Source: Bacteroidota bacterium (GTDB lineage: Bacteria > Bacteroidota > Ignavibacteria > UBA10030 > UBA6906). From it: a DNA stretch of 36,931 nucleotides. The translations under genes and the position numbers were made by a program. Shown here in pieces: positions 20,558 to 28,950 of this stretch (its first letter is position 1; every line of letters begins with the position of its first letter). The notes under the pieces were generated by a model. It worked only from the letters and a program-made list of their open reading frames with translations, was not told the origin of the DNA and did no database searches. The DNA lies in the NCBI GenBank assembly GCA_046597825.1, contig JBKJJX010000065.1:1-36931 (forward strand), given 5' to 3'.

Positions 20558-21257
20558 AGTGCTTCTCAATAGCCGCATGGACTTCCTCCATCAGTTGTAG
20601 TTCTGTTTCTTTTCCCTCTTCTCCATGAAGATAGATTGGCTTTTCAAGAATCAACTCAACCGTTCCGGGATTTATTGAGATCGAGTGTTTGGGGAGAATT
20701 GCATAACTCCCGTTAATCGTCAGGGGAACAACCGGCACTCCCGCACGCACAGCGATATGAAATGCACCGCGTTTGAACGGCTGCAGTTTGCCGTCCAGCG
20801 TACGCGTACCTTCTGCAAAGAGCAACACGGATTCTCCGTTTTGAATTTTTTTCACCGCCTCATCAAGGCTTTTCTGCGCTTCAACCCCGCGTCCACGGTC
20901 AATTCCAATATAACTTCCGTACTTCAATCCCCAACCGAAGATCGGGATTTTTTCCAGTTCTTTTTTGTAAACGAGACGAATTTGAGCCGGGATACGGGCA
21001 ATAACCGCCGGTATATCAAACATGCTCGCATGATTCGAAACGTACACGTAGCCTTTGCCCGCCTGCACATGTTCAGAACCCCGCACGCTGACTGTAGTTC
21101 CGCAGACCCTGAGAACTATACTTGCCCAATGGCGACAGAACCAATGAAACAGCGGGCCGCTCTTATTAAAGAGGAGGGAAAAAAGAATAATGCTCGCAAA
21201 CGTCATCGAAACAATCGCGACAACAAAGAACCGAAGTGCGCCCGTAATTTTCTTCAT
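20544..21257 (-). CDS. plsC: 1-acyl-sn-glycerol-3-phosphate acyltransferase (LPLAT family)
   Basis: The acyltransferase motifs are NHASMFD (HxxxxD), FAEGTR and VPVVPL. There is an N-terminal TM segment. The track start at 21263 is TTG. ATG at 21257 (MKKITGAL...) lies 2 nt after the M48 stop codon. Confidence 0.88.
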   Translation of the reverse strand: MKKITGALRFFVVAIVSMTFASIILFSLLFNKSGPLFHWFCRHWASIVLRVCGTTVSVRGSEHVQAGKGYVYVSNHASMFDIPAVIARIPAQIRLVYKKELEKIPIFGWGLKYGSYIGIDRGRGVEAQKSLDEAVKKIQNGESVLLFAEGTRTLDGKLQPFKRGAFHIAVRAGVPVVPLTINGSYAILPKHSISINPGTVELILEKPIYLHGEEGKETELQLMEEVHAAIEKHYVDQ

Positions 21258-21259
21258 TG

Positions 21260-22378
21260 TCAATCGATGGATCCCACCATTGCAATGCGTCGCCCGATAG
21301 ACGGATGACTGTAGAACAGGAATTCAATGAGAGGATGCGGCTCGGGATCGGCAAGGTTCGTCTCGGCGAGCTTTCGGAGAGCCGAAATAAATGCGGGCTT
21401 GTTCCGCGTCGTCCTCACGGCATAGATATCCGCCTCACGCTCGTGTTTGCGCGAAAGTATGTTGCCCAGCGGCGACGTCACCAATCCAAACACAGTGAGC
21501 CACAAGCCGATCAACGGCAGCGCTGCTGGATCAGTCATGAGCGTAAAGCCAAACCAGGACAGGGACCAAATGTATAATCGGGAGGCAACGAACAATCCGA
21601 GAAACGTGAGAAGTATTCCTACCGCCATGCCCACAATGATATGCCGGTAGCGATAATGTCCGAGCTCGTGCGCAAAAACTGTTTCTATTTCTTCCTGCGA
21701 GAAACACTTCAACAGTGTGTCTCCGAGAATAATCCTTTTCGTCCGGCCAATACCCGTGAAGCCGGCATTTGCTTTCTTTGTATTCTTGCTCATGTTAAAT
21801 GAAAATATCCCGTCGAACCGGATGCCGGCATTGCTGCAAAGTTTTGCAATTGCTTCTTTGAGAGAAGGATCTTCAAGCGGAGTAAACTTGTAAAAGAGCG
21901 GCATGATAATGATAGGTACTACACGTGCAAAAACAACCGAAAACAATGCAAGGACGATACTCACCGGCAACCACCACACCTCCCCGAATTCCTTCAAACA
22001 ATAATAAAGAAGAACTATCCCTCCGACAAGAAGAGGCGTTCCTATCAACAGGCCCTTCACTCTTTCCCACAACCAAGCCCCGACAGTCTGATTCGAAAGA
22101 TTGTATCGATGTTCAATTATGTAGCTTGAATAAAAGCTGAGGGGAAATGTTGCAATAGTTTCAATCGTTGTAATGGCAAGCAGGAACAGAATGACAACAA
22201 GGTATTCATTCGAAGTGTATGACATTGCCCAATCACGCAAAGAAACGGAATACCCTGACGCTAAGATTATCACAACGACAAGAAACGATGAAGCCGGAGA
22301 TATGATACCAAGGATAAGTTTGGTTCTGTTGTAGTGCTTTGCGGTTGAGGGACTATCGGGTTGCTTGGTCTGGGACAT
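21260..22378 (-). CDS. M48 family zinc metallopeptidase, Ste24-like integral membrane protease
   Basis: The HEXXH motif appears as FAHELGHYRYRH. There are multiple N-terminal TM helices, and the Ste24-type C-terminal block is EPHPLIEFLFYSHPSIGRRI. Confidence 0.88.
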   Translation of the reverse strand: MSQTKQPDSPSTAKHYNRTKLILGIISPASSFLVVVIILASGYSVSLRDWAMSYTSNEYLVVILFLLAITTIETIATFPLSFYSSYIIEHRYNLSNQTVGAWLWERVKGLLIGTPLLVGGIVLLYYCLKEFGEVWWLPVSIVLALFSVVFARVVPIIIMPLFYKFTPLEDPSLKEAIAKLCSNAGIRFDGIFSFNMSKNTKKANAGFTGIGRTKRIILGDTLLKCFSQEEIETVFAHELGHYRYRHIIVGMAVGILLTFLGLFVASRLYIWSLSWFGFTLMTDPAALPLIGLWLTVFGLVTSPLGNILSRKHEREADIYAVRTTRNKPAFISALRKLAETNLADPEPHPLIEFLFYSHPSIGRRIAMVGSID

Positions 22379-22438
22379 TGCCTGTGTTGGTTCTATGAAA
22401 TTTGCGCTTTAAAATTCTACGCAAATCAACCAGCAAAA

Positions 22439-22699
22439 TCAATTATGGAAAAGCACTGCGTTGCCCGGGGCTTGTTCCCACTTCAAAAACTTTTCCAGAT
22501 CCTTCTTCAGCGATCGATACAAGAACCCAAGCATGGCGGCATCATCTATCACGCCAATAATAGGAATGAAATCAGGAATAAGGTCAAACGGGTTAACGGC
22601 GTATGCGGCAACGAGAATGAAAACAAAGAGTGTCCGCCACGGAAATACACGATAGGTTCCATTCAGCCAGAATCGGATGAGGCGAGCAAAGTTTTTCAT
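22439..22699 (-). CDS. DUF1232 (YkvA-like) small membrane protein
   Basis: The DUF1232 signature is NPFDLIPDFIPIIGVIDD. ATG at 22699 is preceded by GAGGAG at suitable spacing and lies 12 nt after the TerC stop. The track start at 22705 is GTG. Confidence 0.78.
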   Translation of the reverse strand: MKNFARLIRFWLNGTYRVFPWRTLFVFILVAAYAVNPFDLIPDFIPIIGVIDDAAMLGFLYRSLKKDLEKFLKWEQAPGNAVLFHN

Positions 22700-22711
22700 C
22701 AACACTCCTCG

Positions 22712-23638
22712 TTATGAAGCGTTCTGCCGTTTCTTTCTCATCCACGAAAGAATAACCGAGGCTGCGAGAATCACACCAATAAACGCCAGCGAAACGCCAA
22801 TTGGAATGTGAATAAATTTATCGGCGAGCATTTTTATGCCAACGAAGATCAATACTATTGACAAGCCGTGCTTGAGGTAATAAAACGAATTCATGACGCC
22901 GGCAAGCAGAAAGTACATAGCCCGCAAACCAAGGATCGCAAATACGTTCGACGAATACACGATGAATGTGTCCCGGGTTACAGCAAACACAGCCGGAATC
23001 GAATCAACAGCAAAAACAACATCCGTTGTCTCAACAGCGAGGAGCACCAGAAACATTGTCGTCATGGCAAGCCTTCCATCCTTGCGCACGAAGAAATGCG
23101 CCGACGAGAAGCCCGTTTCCACCGGAAAGATTTTTTTTGCAAGGCGAATGACAACATTGCTGTCCGGGTGGACCTCAATGCTGTCTTCCTTCATCATCTT
23201 CCATCCGCTATAAATAAGAATCACGCCGAAGACGTAGAGAATCCATTCGAATTGTGAAATTAACGCCGCCCCCGCAATAATAAAAATGGACCGCATGATC
23301 AAGGCGCCGAGCACACCCCAAAACAAAATCTTCCGTTGATACTTTGCCGGGACTCCAAAATAATTGAACAGCAATACGAACACGAAGATGTTATCCATGG
23401 ACAGTGCGCGCTCAATGAGATAGCCGGTGAAGAATTCCAGTCCCCGTGCACGACCGGCATATATCCAAACACCGGCATTGAAGAGCAACGCAAGCAGAAT
23501 CCACACAGCGCTCCAGAGCGTTGCACTTTTTAAACTCACCGCCGTATCCTTCCGGTGGAAGACGCCGAGGTCAAGCGCAAGCAGCGCGAGGATGAACAGA
23601 TTGAAAAGAATAAAAAGAAGGAGTTCGTTATTCGGCAT
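22712..23638 (-). CDS. TerC family integral membrane protein (Alx/YkoY-like)
   Basis: 308 aa and polytopic. TerC-family blocks are present: FFTGYLIERALSMDNIFVF and a second repeat, ETTDVVFAVDSIPAVFAVT. The ATG lies 6 nt after the esterase stop. Confidence 0.9.
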   Translation of the reverse strand: MPNNELLLFILFNLFILALLALDLGVFHRKDTAVSLKSATLWSAVWILLALLFNAGVWIYAGRARGLEFFTGYLIERALSMDNIFVFVLLFNYFGVPAKYQRKILFWGVLGALIMRSIFIIAGAALISQFEWILYVFGVILIYSGWKMMKEDSIEVHPDSNVVIRLAKKIFPVETGFSSAHFFVRKDGRLAMTTMFLVLLAVETTDVVFAVDSIPAVFAVTRDTFIVYSSNVFAILGLRAMYFLLAGVMNSFYYLKHGLSIVLIFVGIKMLADKFIHIPIGVSLAFIGVILAASVILSWMRKKRQNAS

Positions 23639-23644
23639 GAGCTT

Positions 23645-24310
23645 CTATGGTAAGGAATCCAGTCGTTCTTTCAACCACACAGCGATATCGGCGGCACATC
23701 GGTCGCTTAACTGATGGGCGACCTCATATTCTTTGTAAGCAGCCCGTGCCTCCGCCTTTACGAATAATTCGAAGGCTCTCTTTGAGGCTGCCACGGGAAT
23801 GATATCATCCAGTCTGCCGTGTGTTATCAGAATGTCTTTCCCCGCTATTTCATTCCATCTGTACTTCAGATGCGTATCTTCTGCAAGATAACCACTGTTT
23901 GCCACAATACCGGCGAAGAGTTCCGGGCGGGTCAAGGCAAGCGCGTATGCCATAACGGTTCCCATACTGAAGCCAAACAAGTGCAAACGTTTCGGGTCGA
24001 TGGGATATTTCGCAAGCGCCTCATCGATGAACTGCAGCAGGAGATCATAACTTGATTTGAACATATCATGCTTCGGCTTGCCTAACTCAAGAATATCGTA
24101 CCAGGTATATCCGCCGCCATATTCAAAATGAAACGGCGCACGAACGGCTATCGACAAAAAGCGTTCATCAAAAGAACCTGAAAGGCCAAGCAAGTCCTCT
24201 TCGTCCGCTCCGCGTCCGTGAAGATACATAATCGCGGGGTGCGAGGAAGTCCCGGAGTCGTGCGGCAATAATACTTGATGCGTAAGCGAGAGTTTGTTTT
24301 GAGATGTCAC
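23645..24310 (-). CDS. Phospholipase/carboxylesterase family alpha/beta hydrolase
   Basis: The sequence shows MYLHGRGADEEDLLGL, the nucleophile elbow FGFSMGT (GxSxG), HGRLDDIIP (Asp) and VAHQL (His). The track start (24415) would overlap the upstream gene by 109 nt. The in-frame GTG at 24310 forms a GTGA overlap with the upstream stop (24307-24309) and gives a 221-aa product, typical for this family. Confidence 0.8.
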   Translation of the reverse strand: MTSQNKLSLTHQVLLPHDSGTSSHPAIMYLHGRGADEEDLLGLSGSFDERFLSIAVRAPFHFEYGGGYTWYDILELGKPKHDMFKSSYDLLLQFIDEALAKYPIDPKRLHLFGFSMGTVMAYALALTRPELFAGIVANSGYLAEDTHLKYRWNEIAGKDILITHGRLDDIIPVAASKRAFELFVKAEARAAYKEYEVAHQLSDRCAADIAVWLKERLDSLP

Positions 24311-25653
24311 TTCGCTTTTCTCCGGTATTTCTCTTTGTACTTCTCGTACAGCATCGTGTGCTTGCTGCTCAAGTCGATCTTGCGGCCCTGAATAAACTCC
24401 ATCTCGACCGAACAAATAATTTCCAGGGGATCGCCGGACGTAACAAGAAGTGTCGCATCCTTGCCAACTTCGAGCGAGCCGACTTTGTCCGCAATGCCGA
24501 ATATCTGCGCGGGATAAAGTGTGATTGCTTTAAGTGCTTCATCTTTCGGTAGTCCATACGCTGCCGCCATTGCTGCCTGATATGGCAGATTGCGTTCGTG
24601 TGCGGCATCTTCCTCACCGAGAATAGCAAACTGAATTCCGGACTCAAAAAGTTTCTTCGGCAACACATACGCCTCATCGTATCGTTCGAAACGTCGTCCC
24701 GGAATCCTGAAAATTCCTCCGGCAAGGACCGGCACATTGTTCTTCTTCAACAAATCAGCAACACGCCACGCGTCGTACCCGCCGCCGATTATGAGTTTCA
24801 CATTCTGCTGCCCGGCCCATGCTACGGCTGCCTGAATCTGCTGCATGTCCGTTGCGTACACGACGACAGGAATCTTTCGCTCAAGGACAGGAATCATCGA
24901 TTCCCAACGCGTGTCCATGTCGTGGTATGGAATTCCTTTCTGACTTTCTGCCTTCTTCGCAAGCATATATGCGCGGGCTTCTTCAAAAGTATTTGAAAGA
25001 TCCTTCAGCTGTTTCTCGCGTTCCTTTTTTTGATCATCTTCTGAACGAATACCATATCTTCCGCGACTGATGTTCATATCCGGCCACTGAACATATAATG
25101 CTGCGGGTGCTTTCAGTGTCATCTCTTCCCACGTCCATCCATCCATCATCATGGCGGCAGATGTGCCGGAGATAAGTCCACCGGTCGGAGCGGTGACAAT
25201 TGTCGTGATGCCATTTGCCCGCGCAACGGGAATCAGCTCGGACTCCGGATTGAACGCTGCCTCAGCGCGCACGTTTGGATTAATTCGGCCGACTTCATCC
25301 CGGTCGTTGGAAGCGCGTACCGCACTGATTTCCGTCAAGCCAATGTATGTGCCGGAACTGATGAGGCCGGGGTACACATGCTTGCCAGTTGCCTCGATGA
25401 CTTCTGCATTCTGCGGAATGGAAACATTCGCCCCAACCGCTGTAATTTTTCCCTTATCAAAAACAATCGTCCCTTTTTCAATCACAGGTCCACTTACCGT
25501 GTGGATGGTCGCGTTTACAATTACGATTGGTTTTTCCTGCGGCTTGGCAGGAATTTGTCCGGATGAAAACGAAATTGAACGGCACAACAACAACAGAGCA
25601 ACCACCTTCAAACCCGGAAGCCGCAACTCGAAACCGTTTTTCTTTTTCATCAC
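24307..25653 (-). CDS. Secreted amidohydrolase-fold protein lacking the canonical HxH metal ligands (probable pseudo-enzyme or accessory subunit)
   Basis: The signal peptide is LKVVALLLLCRSISFSSGQ. The amidohydrolase N-terminal beta-sandwich pattern is present (IVNATIHTVSGPVIEKGTIVFDKGKITAVGANVSIP...ATGKHVYPGLI), as is the C-terminal VGSLEVGKDATLLV block. The position that normally reads PGLID(A/T)HxH reads PGLISSGTY (nt 25345-25353). Later His/Asp ligand positions read VVYATD, IIGGGYD and FAILGEED. The start (GTG 25653 or ATG 25650) overlaps the upstream stop codon. Confidence 0.85.
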   Translation of the reverse strand: MMKKKNGFELRLPGLKVVALLLLCRSISFSSGQIPAKPQEKPIVIVNATIHTVSGPVIEKGTIVFDKGKITAVGANVSIPQNAEVIEATGKHVYPGLISSGTYIGLTEISAVRASNDRDEVGRINPNVRAEAAFNPESELIPVARANGITTIVTAPTGGLISGTSAAMMMDGWTWEEMTLKAPAALYVQWPDMNISRGRYGIRSEDDQKKEREKQLKDLSNTFEEARAYMLAKKAESQKGIPYHDMDTRWESMIPVLERKIPVVVYATDMQQIQAAVAWAGQQNVKLIIGGGYDAWRVADLLKKNNVPVLAGGIFRIPGRRFERYDEAYVLPKKLFESGIQFAILGEEDAAHERNLPYQAAMAAAYGLPKDEALKAITLYPAQIFGIADKVGSLEVGKDATLLVTSGDPLEIICSVEMEFIQGRKIDLSSKHTMLYEKYKEKYRRKAK

Positions 25654-28600
25654 TGCATCCCTCCAATCCCGTCTTTCAGATGATCATACTCGTCACCTTT
25701 TTTCGGAGGCTTGGATTTGGTTTCCGTGCCGCCGGTTTTCTTTTCGGAAAGAACTTTTTGAATGAGAACCGCTCGTTCCTTCTTCACCTCATCAGCAAGT
25801 TTTGCGTCTTCCTCAATATCAAAATACTTCCGGCCATCGATCCACGTCTGCTCGCATTTGGAATACGTGGAAAGGGGGCTGCCGTTCCAGATTACAAAGT
25901 CAGCATCCTTGCCGGGCTCAAGCGAACCGACTCTGTTGTCGACCTTCAGCTGCTTTGCCGGATTGATGGTGACAAACTTCAGCGCTTCCACTTCGGGAAC
26001 GCCGCCGTACTTCACGGCTTTTGCCGCTTCGAGATTCATGCGGCGGGCGAGTTCATCACTATCGGAATTGAAGGAGACGACAACGCCCTGATCGTACATT
26101 AGCGCCCCGTTGTACGGAATAGCATCGTACACCTCCATCTTGTACGCCCACCAATCACTGAACGTTGAACCGCCGGCGCCGTGCTTCGCCATCAGATCCG
26201 CGACTTTGTAGCCCTCAAGAATATGCTGGAAGACCTGAATGTGGAAACCGAAATCCTCCGCAACGCGCATCAGCATCAGTATCTCGCTTTGAACATATGA
26301 ATGACAATGCACGAACCGCTTGCCGCGCACAATTTCGACGATCGCATCGAGTTCGAGATCGCGTCGGGGCGGAATTACGTTTTTATTATTCTCATATCGC
26401 TGCCATGCTTTCTCATAATCCAGCGCCGCCCGGAATTCATCGCGGATAATTTGCTCGACTCCCATACGCGTCTGCGGATAGCGGGTGGTGTAGCGGTCTC
26501 CCCAATTCGATTGTTTCACATTTTCCCCGAGTGCAAACTTGATCGTCGGCGGCGCGCCTTCAAACTTCATCTCTTCCGGTAACACACCCCAGCGCAGTTT
26601 GATGAGCTGCGATTGGCCGCCAATCGGATTAGCGGAACCGTGCAGTACATGCGCAACAGTCAATCCGCCGGCCAGTTCGCGATAAATGCTCATGTCGTCG
26701 GGGTCGATCACGTCGCCGATTCGAACTTCTGCGCTCACAGCCTGGCCTGCTTCGTTCACGCCGCCGCTTGCCGCCGTGTGGGAATGCGCGTCAATCAACC
26801 CCGGCGTAACATGCTTCCCCTCTCCTTTGATGACCAACGCATCAGCCGGAGCGGCAATGTTTGTTCCAACCTTAACAATTTTCCCTTTTTGAATCAGCAC
26901 GTCTGCATTTTCAAGTTTTCCCTGCGGACCGCACGTCCAGACCGTTGCGTTTTTGACAAAGACGCTTGCCGGCTGGTCGGGAATCGATGCGCGTCCGAAT
27001 CCTCCGAGAGGAAACACAGGGGGAAACGAAGCGACATGTGGCTGTTTTGGTTTTGATGTGTCGGGCTCGGGCACAAAGGGACCGGTTCGGATGGCAGACC
27101 ATGTGAACGACGAGCCATCCGACCATTCGCCGCTTCCGGTGATTGATTTTTCCGACAACACTCCGGTCATGCGAACAACACCGGACAATCCGATTGAATC
27201 GCCGGGAAAAGTGAACGACAAACGCGACGCGAGCATGACAACGTTAGTGAGTTTGATTTCCTTTTTCTTTTTGATCGATCCCTGAAATGAATCGGGCTCG
27301 CCTTTAACGGTTAACGTAACAGTATCCGCTGTTCCCAATCCTGAAATATTCACATCCCATTTTCCGCGTGGATCCATTTCGGGTAGCGGCTTGATCTCGT
27401 AGCACTTGCCGTCGATCCAGCTTTCGCGGATCACCGTTTTCTCCGCAAACAAATCGCCGCTCGTAACAATGAAGTCGGCAAATTTTCCAACCTCAAGTGA
27501 GCCGAGCATTTTTTCTGCGCCAAACAATTTTGCCGGAGTTGTTGTCAGCGCTGCAAGGGCAGCGTCGGACGAAAGTCCGCTTTCGACCGCCTTGCGGGCT
27601 TGCGCCAGAAATGATCCGGGATCTTTCAGCGTTGCAGATGTAAACGTAAACTGAACGCCCGACTCCCGTAAGCGTTTTGGATTTTCCGGCGCTTCATCCC
27701 AATCGCGCAGTGCTTCGAGTGAAACCTGCAATTCTTCTTCGGGAGTTTGAACGGCGGGTGTCTCAGGAAAATTTACCGGCAGAATGAGCGGGCGCCCCGT
27801 CTTCTTCACGGCGTCGAGCCGGCGGTATTCTTTTCCGCTTCCCATAATTATGAGATTGAGATTAAACTCACGGCCGATTTTATCCGCCCGCAAAACATCA
27901 AGCTCATCATTTGCATCAATAACGACAGGGATTTTCTTAAAGACTTCACCTAACGCAGCAAGCGCATCGTTACGCTCCGGACGCGGCAGCGATGGATTTG
28001 CGCTGAATTGAGATTGCGCTTTCTCGTACCACTGCGCATCGTAGAGCGCCTGACGAATGAACGCGATGACGCCCATGAGCGAACCCGGATATCCGTCGTG
28101 TCCCCATTCATCAGCAAGCTGCATATGGTGCGCTACGCCTGATCGCAGAATAAGTTCATTCGCCTTGCCGTCGCCCAGGTTCACCAGAGCGCTTTTTCCC
28201 TTGATGATTCCGCGTTGCGGAACGATGAGCGCTACCGTGAATCCCTGAGCGCGAAGCTTTTCCGCAGCCTTTGCATCCGGCGAGAAAAGTTCTGCGGCAT
28301 CGTTTTGTGCAACATTCATTTCGTTCCAGTAATCGGCACCGCGGGACGGTTCGCTCTTTGGCCGCTGCTGTTCTCCTTCGCCTTGCGGAGTCGGTTTCGG
28401 GGCCTTCGACAAACCATAATCCGAATATGAATCGATCAATCCCGGATAAATTGTTTGCCCTTTCATATCCCATACTCTGGCATCGGCGGGAACTGCAGCA
28501 TTTGCGCCGACAGCCACGATTACTCCATCACGGATGACGAGCGTTCCCTTCTCAATCACTTTGCCCGGCGACTGGATGATGCGCGCATTTGTAAGCGCGT

Positions 28601-28715
28601 GCACAGTCGGAGTGTTCTTCCGGATTCCTTCGGATGGTGTCGTAGTTTGCGAGTTGCATATTTGAAGACTGAAGAGAAAGAGATATACACTCCACTGACG
28701 GAGAGTAGGAATCAT
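25650..28715 (-). CDS. Secreted two-domain amidohydrolase family protein: a degenerate N-terminal amidohydrolase-like domain, a beta-rich linker and a canonical C-terminal amidohydrolase domain
   Basis: 1021 aa, with AAGGAG 6 nt upstream of the ATG and the signal peptide MIPTLRQWSVYLFLFSLQICNSQ. The N-domain reads PGLIDSYSD where HxH is expected (nt 28419-28427). It is clearly paralogous to the 448-aa downstream protein (GKVIEKGTLVIRDGVIVAVGANAAVP vs GPVIEKGTIVFDKGKITAVGANVSIP; KIPVVIDAND vs KIPVVVYATD). The C-domain retains PGLIDAHSH (HSH at nt 26778-26786), FVHCH, VFQH and FNSDSD. Confidence 0.87.
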   Translation of the reverse strand: MIPTLRQWSVYLFLFSLQICNSQTTTPSEGIRKNTPTVHALTNARIIQSPGKVIEKGTLVIRDGVIVAVGANAAVPADARVWDMKGQTIYPGLIDSYSDYGLSKAPKPTPQGEGEQQRPKSEPSRGADYWNEMNVAQNDAAELFSPDAKAAEKLRAQGFTVALIVPQRGIIKGKSALVNLGDGKANELILRSGVAHHMQLADEWGHDGYPGSLMGVIAFIRQALYDAQWYEKAQSQFSANPSLPRPERNDALAALGEVFKKIPVVIDANDELDVLRADKIGREFNLNLIIMGSGKEYRRLDAVKKTGRPLILPVNFPETPAVQTPEEELQVSLEALRDWDEAPENPKRLRESGVQFTFTSATLKDPGSFLAQARKAVESGLSSDAALAALTTTPAKLFGAEKMLGSLEVGKFADFIVTSGDLFAEKTVIRESWIDGKCYEIKPLPEMDPRGKWDVNISGLGTADTVTLTVKGEPDSFQGSIKKKKEIKLTNVVMLASRLSFTFPGDSIGLSGVVRMTGVLSEKSITGSGEWSDGSSFTWSAIRTGPFVPEPDTSKPKQPHVASFPPVFPLGGFGRASIPDQPASVFVKNATVWTCGPQGKLENADVLIQKGKIVKVGTNIAAPADALVIKGEGKHVTPGLIDAHSHTAASGGVNEAGQAVSAEVRIGDVIDPDDMSIYRELAGGLTVAHVLHGSANPIGGQSQLIKLRWGVLPEEMKFEGAPPTIKFALGENVKQSNWGDRYTTRYPQTRMGVEQIIRDEFRAALDYEKAWQRYENNKNVIPPRRDLELDAIVEIVRGKRFVHCHSYVQSEILMLMRVAEDFGFHIQVFQHILEGYKVADLMAKHGAGGSTFSDWWAYKMEVYDAIPYNGALMYDQGVVVSFNSDSDELARRMNLEAAKAVKYGGVPEVEALKFVTINPAKQLKVDNRVGSLEPGKDADFVIWNGSPLSTYSKCEQTWIDGRKYFDIEEDAKLADEVKKERAVLIQKVLSEKKTGGTETKSKPPKKGDEYDHLKDGIGGMQ

Positions 28716-28798
28716 ACAAACTCCTTAGGGTAGATGATGAGAAGATGAATGCGTTTAGGGAAAAGTAATATTCAGAAAGAAATCCGGATGGACAGTTT

Positions 28799-28836
28799 GT
28801 TGATTCAATGTAGGGATTGAGGAACGGTGAATCAAC
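28799..28836. promoter_or_regulatory. Perfect 9-bp inverted repeat in the long leader upstream of the amidohydrolase operon
   Basis: GTTGATTCA (28799-28807) and TGAATCAAC (28828-28836) are separated by 20 nt. They lie about 85-120 nt upstream of the ATG at 28715, in a 235-nt non-coding stretch downstream of the pckG terminator. This could be an operator or an RNA hairpin. The function is unknown. Confidence 0.25.
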
Positions 28837-28950
28837 GGAGAAAACAGGCAGGAAACTCAATCAAAACAGACTCAAGAATCCAAACCGAAAACAATCACTC
28901 CAAAGTAGATTCTTTACCTCATACAGAATGATATATAACGATGACGCACC

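Noticed and set aside
23131-23138. An A8/T8 homopolymer inside the TerC coding region, considered as a possible phase-variation tract.
   Set aside because: It simply encodes Lys-Lys (GCA AAA AAA ATC) in frame, is short for a contingency locus, and shows no sign of frame disruption.
28552-28860. A 102-aa minus-strand ORF spanning the amidohydrolase leader and start.
   Set aside because: It overlaps the well-supported 1021-aa gene in another frame and has a low-complexity Ser/Phe/Leu-rich translation. The strong AAGGAG-ATG at 28715 belongs to the large gene.
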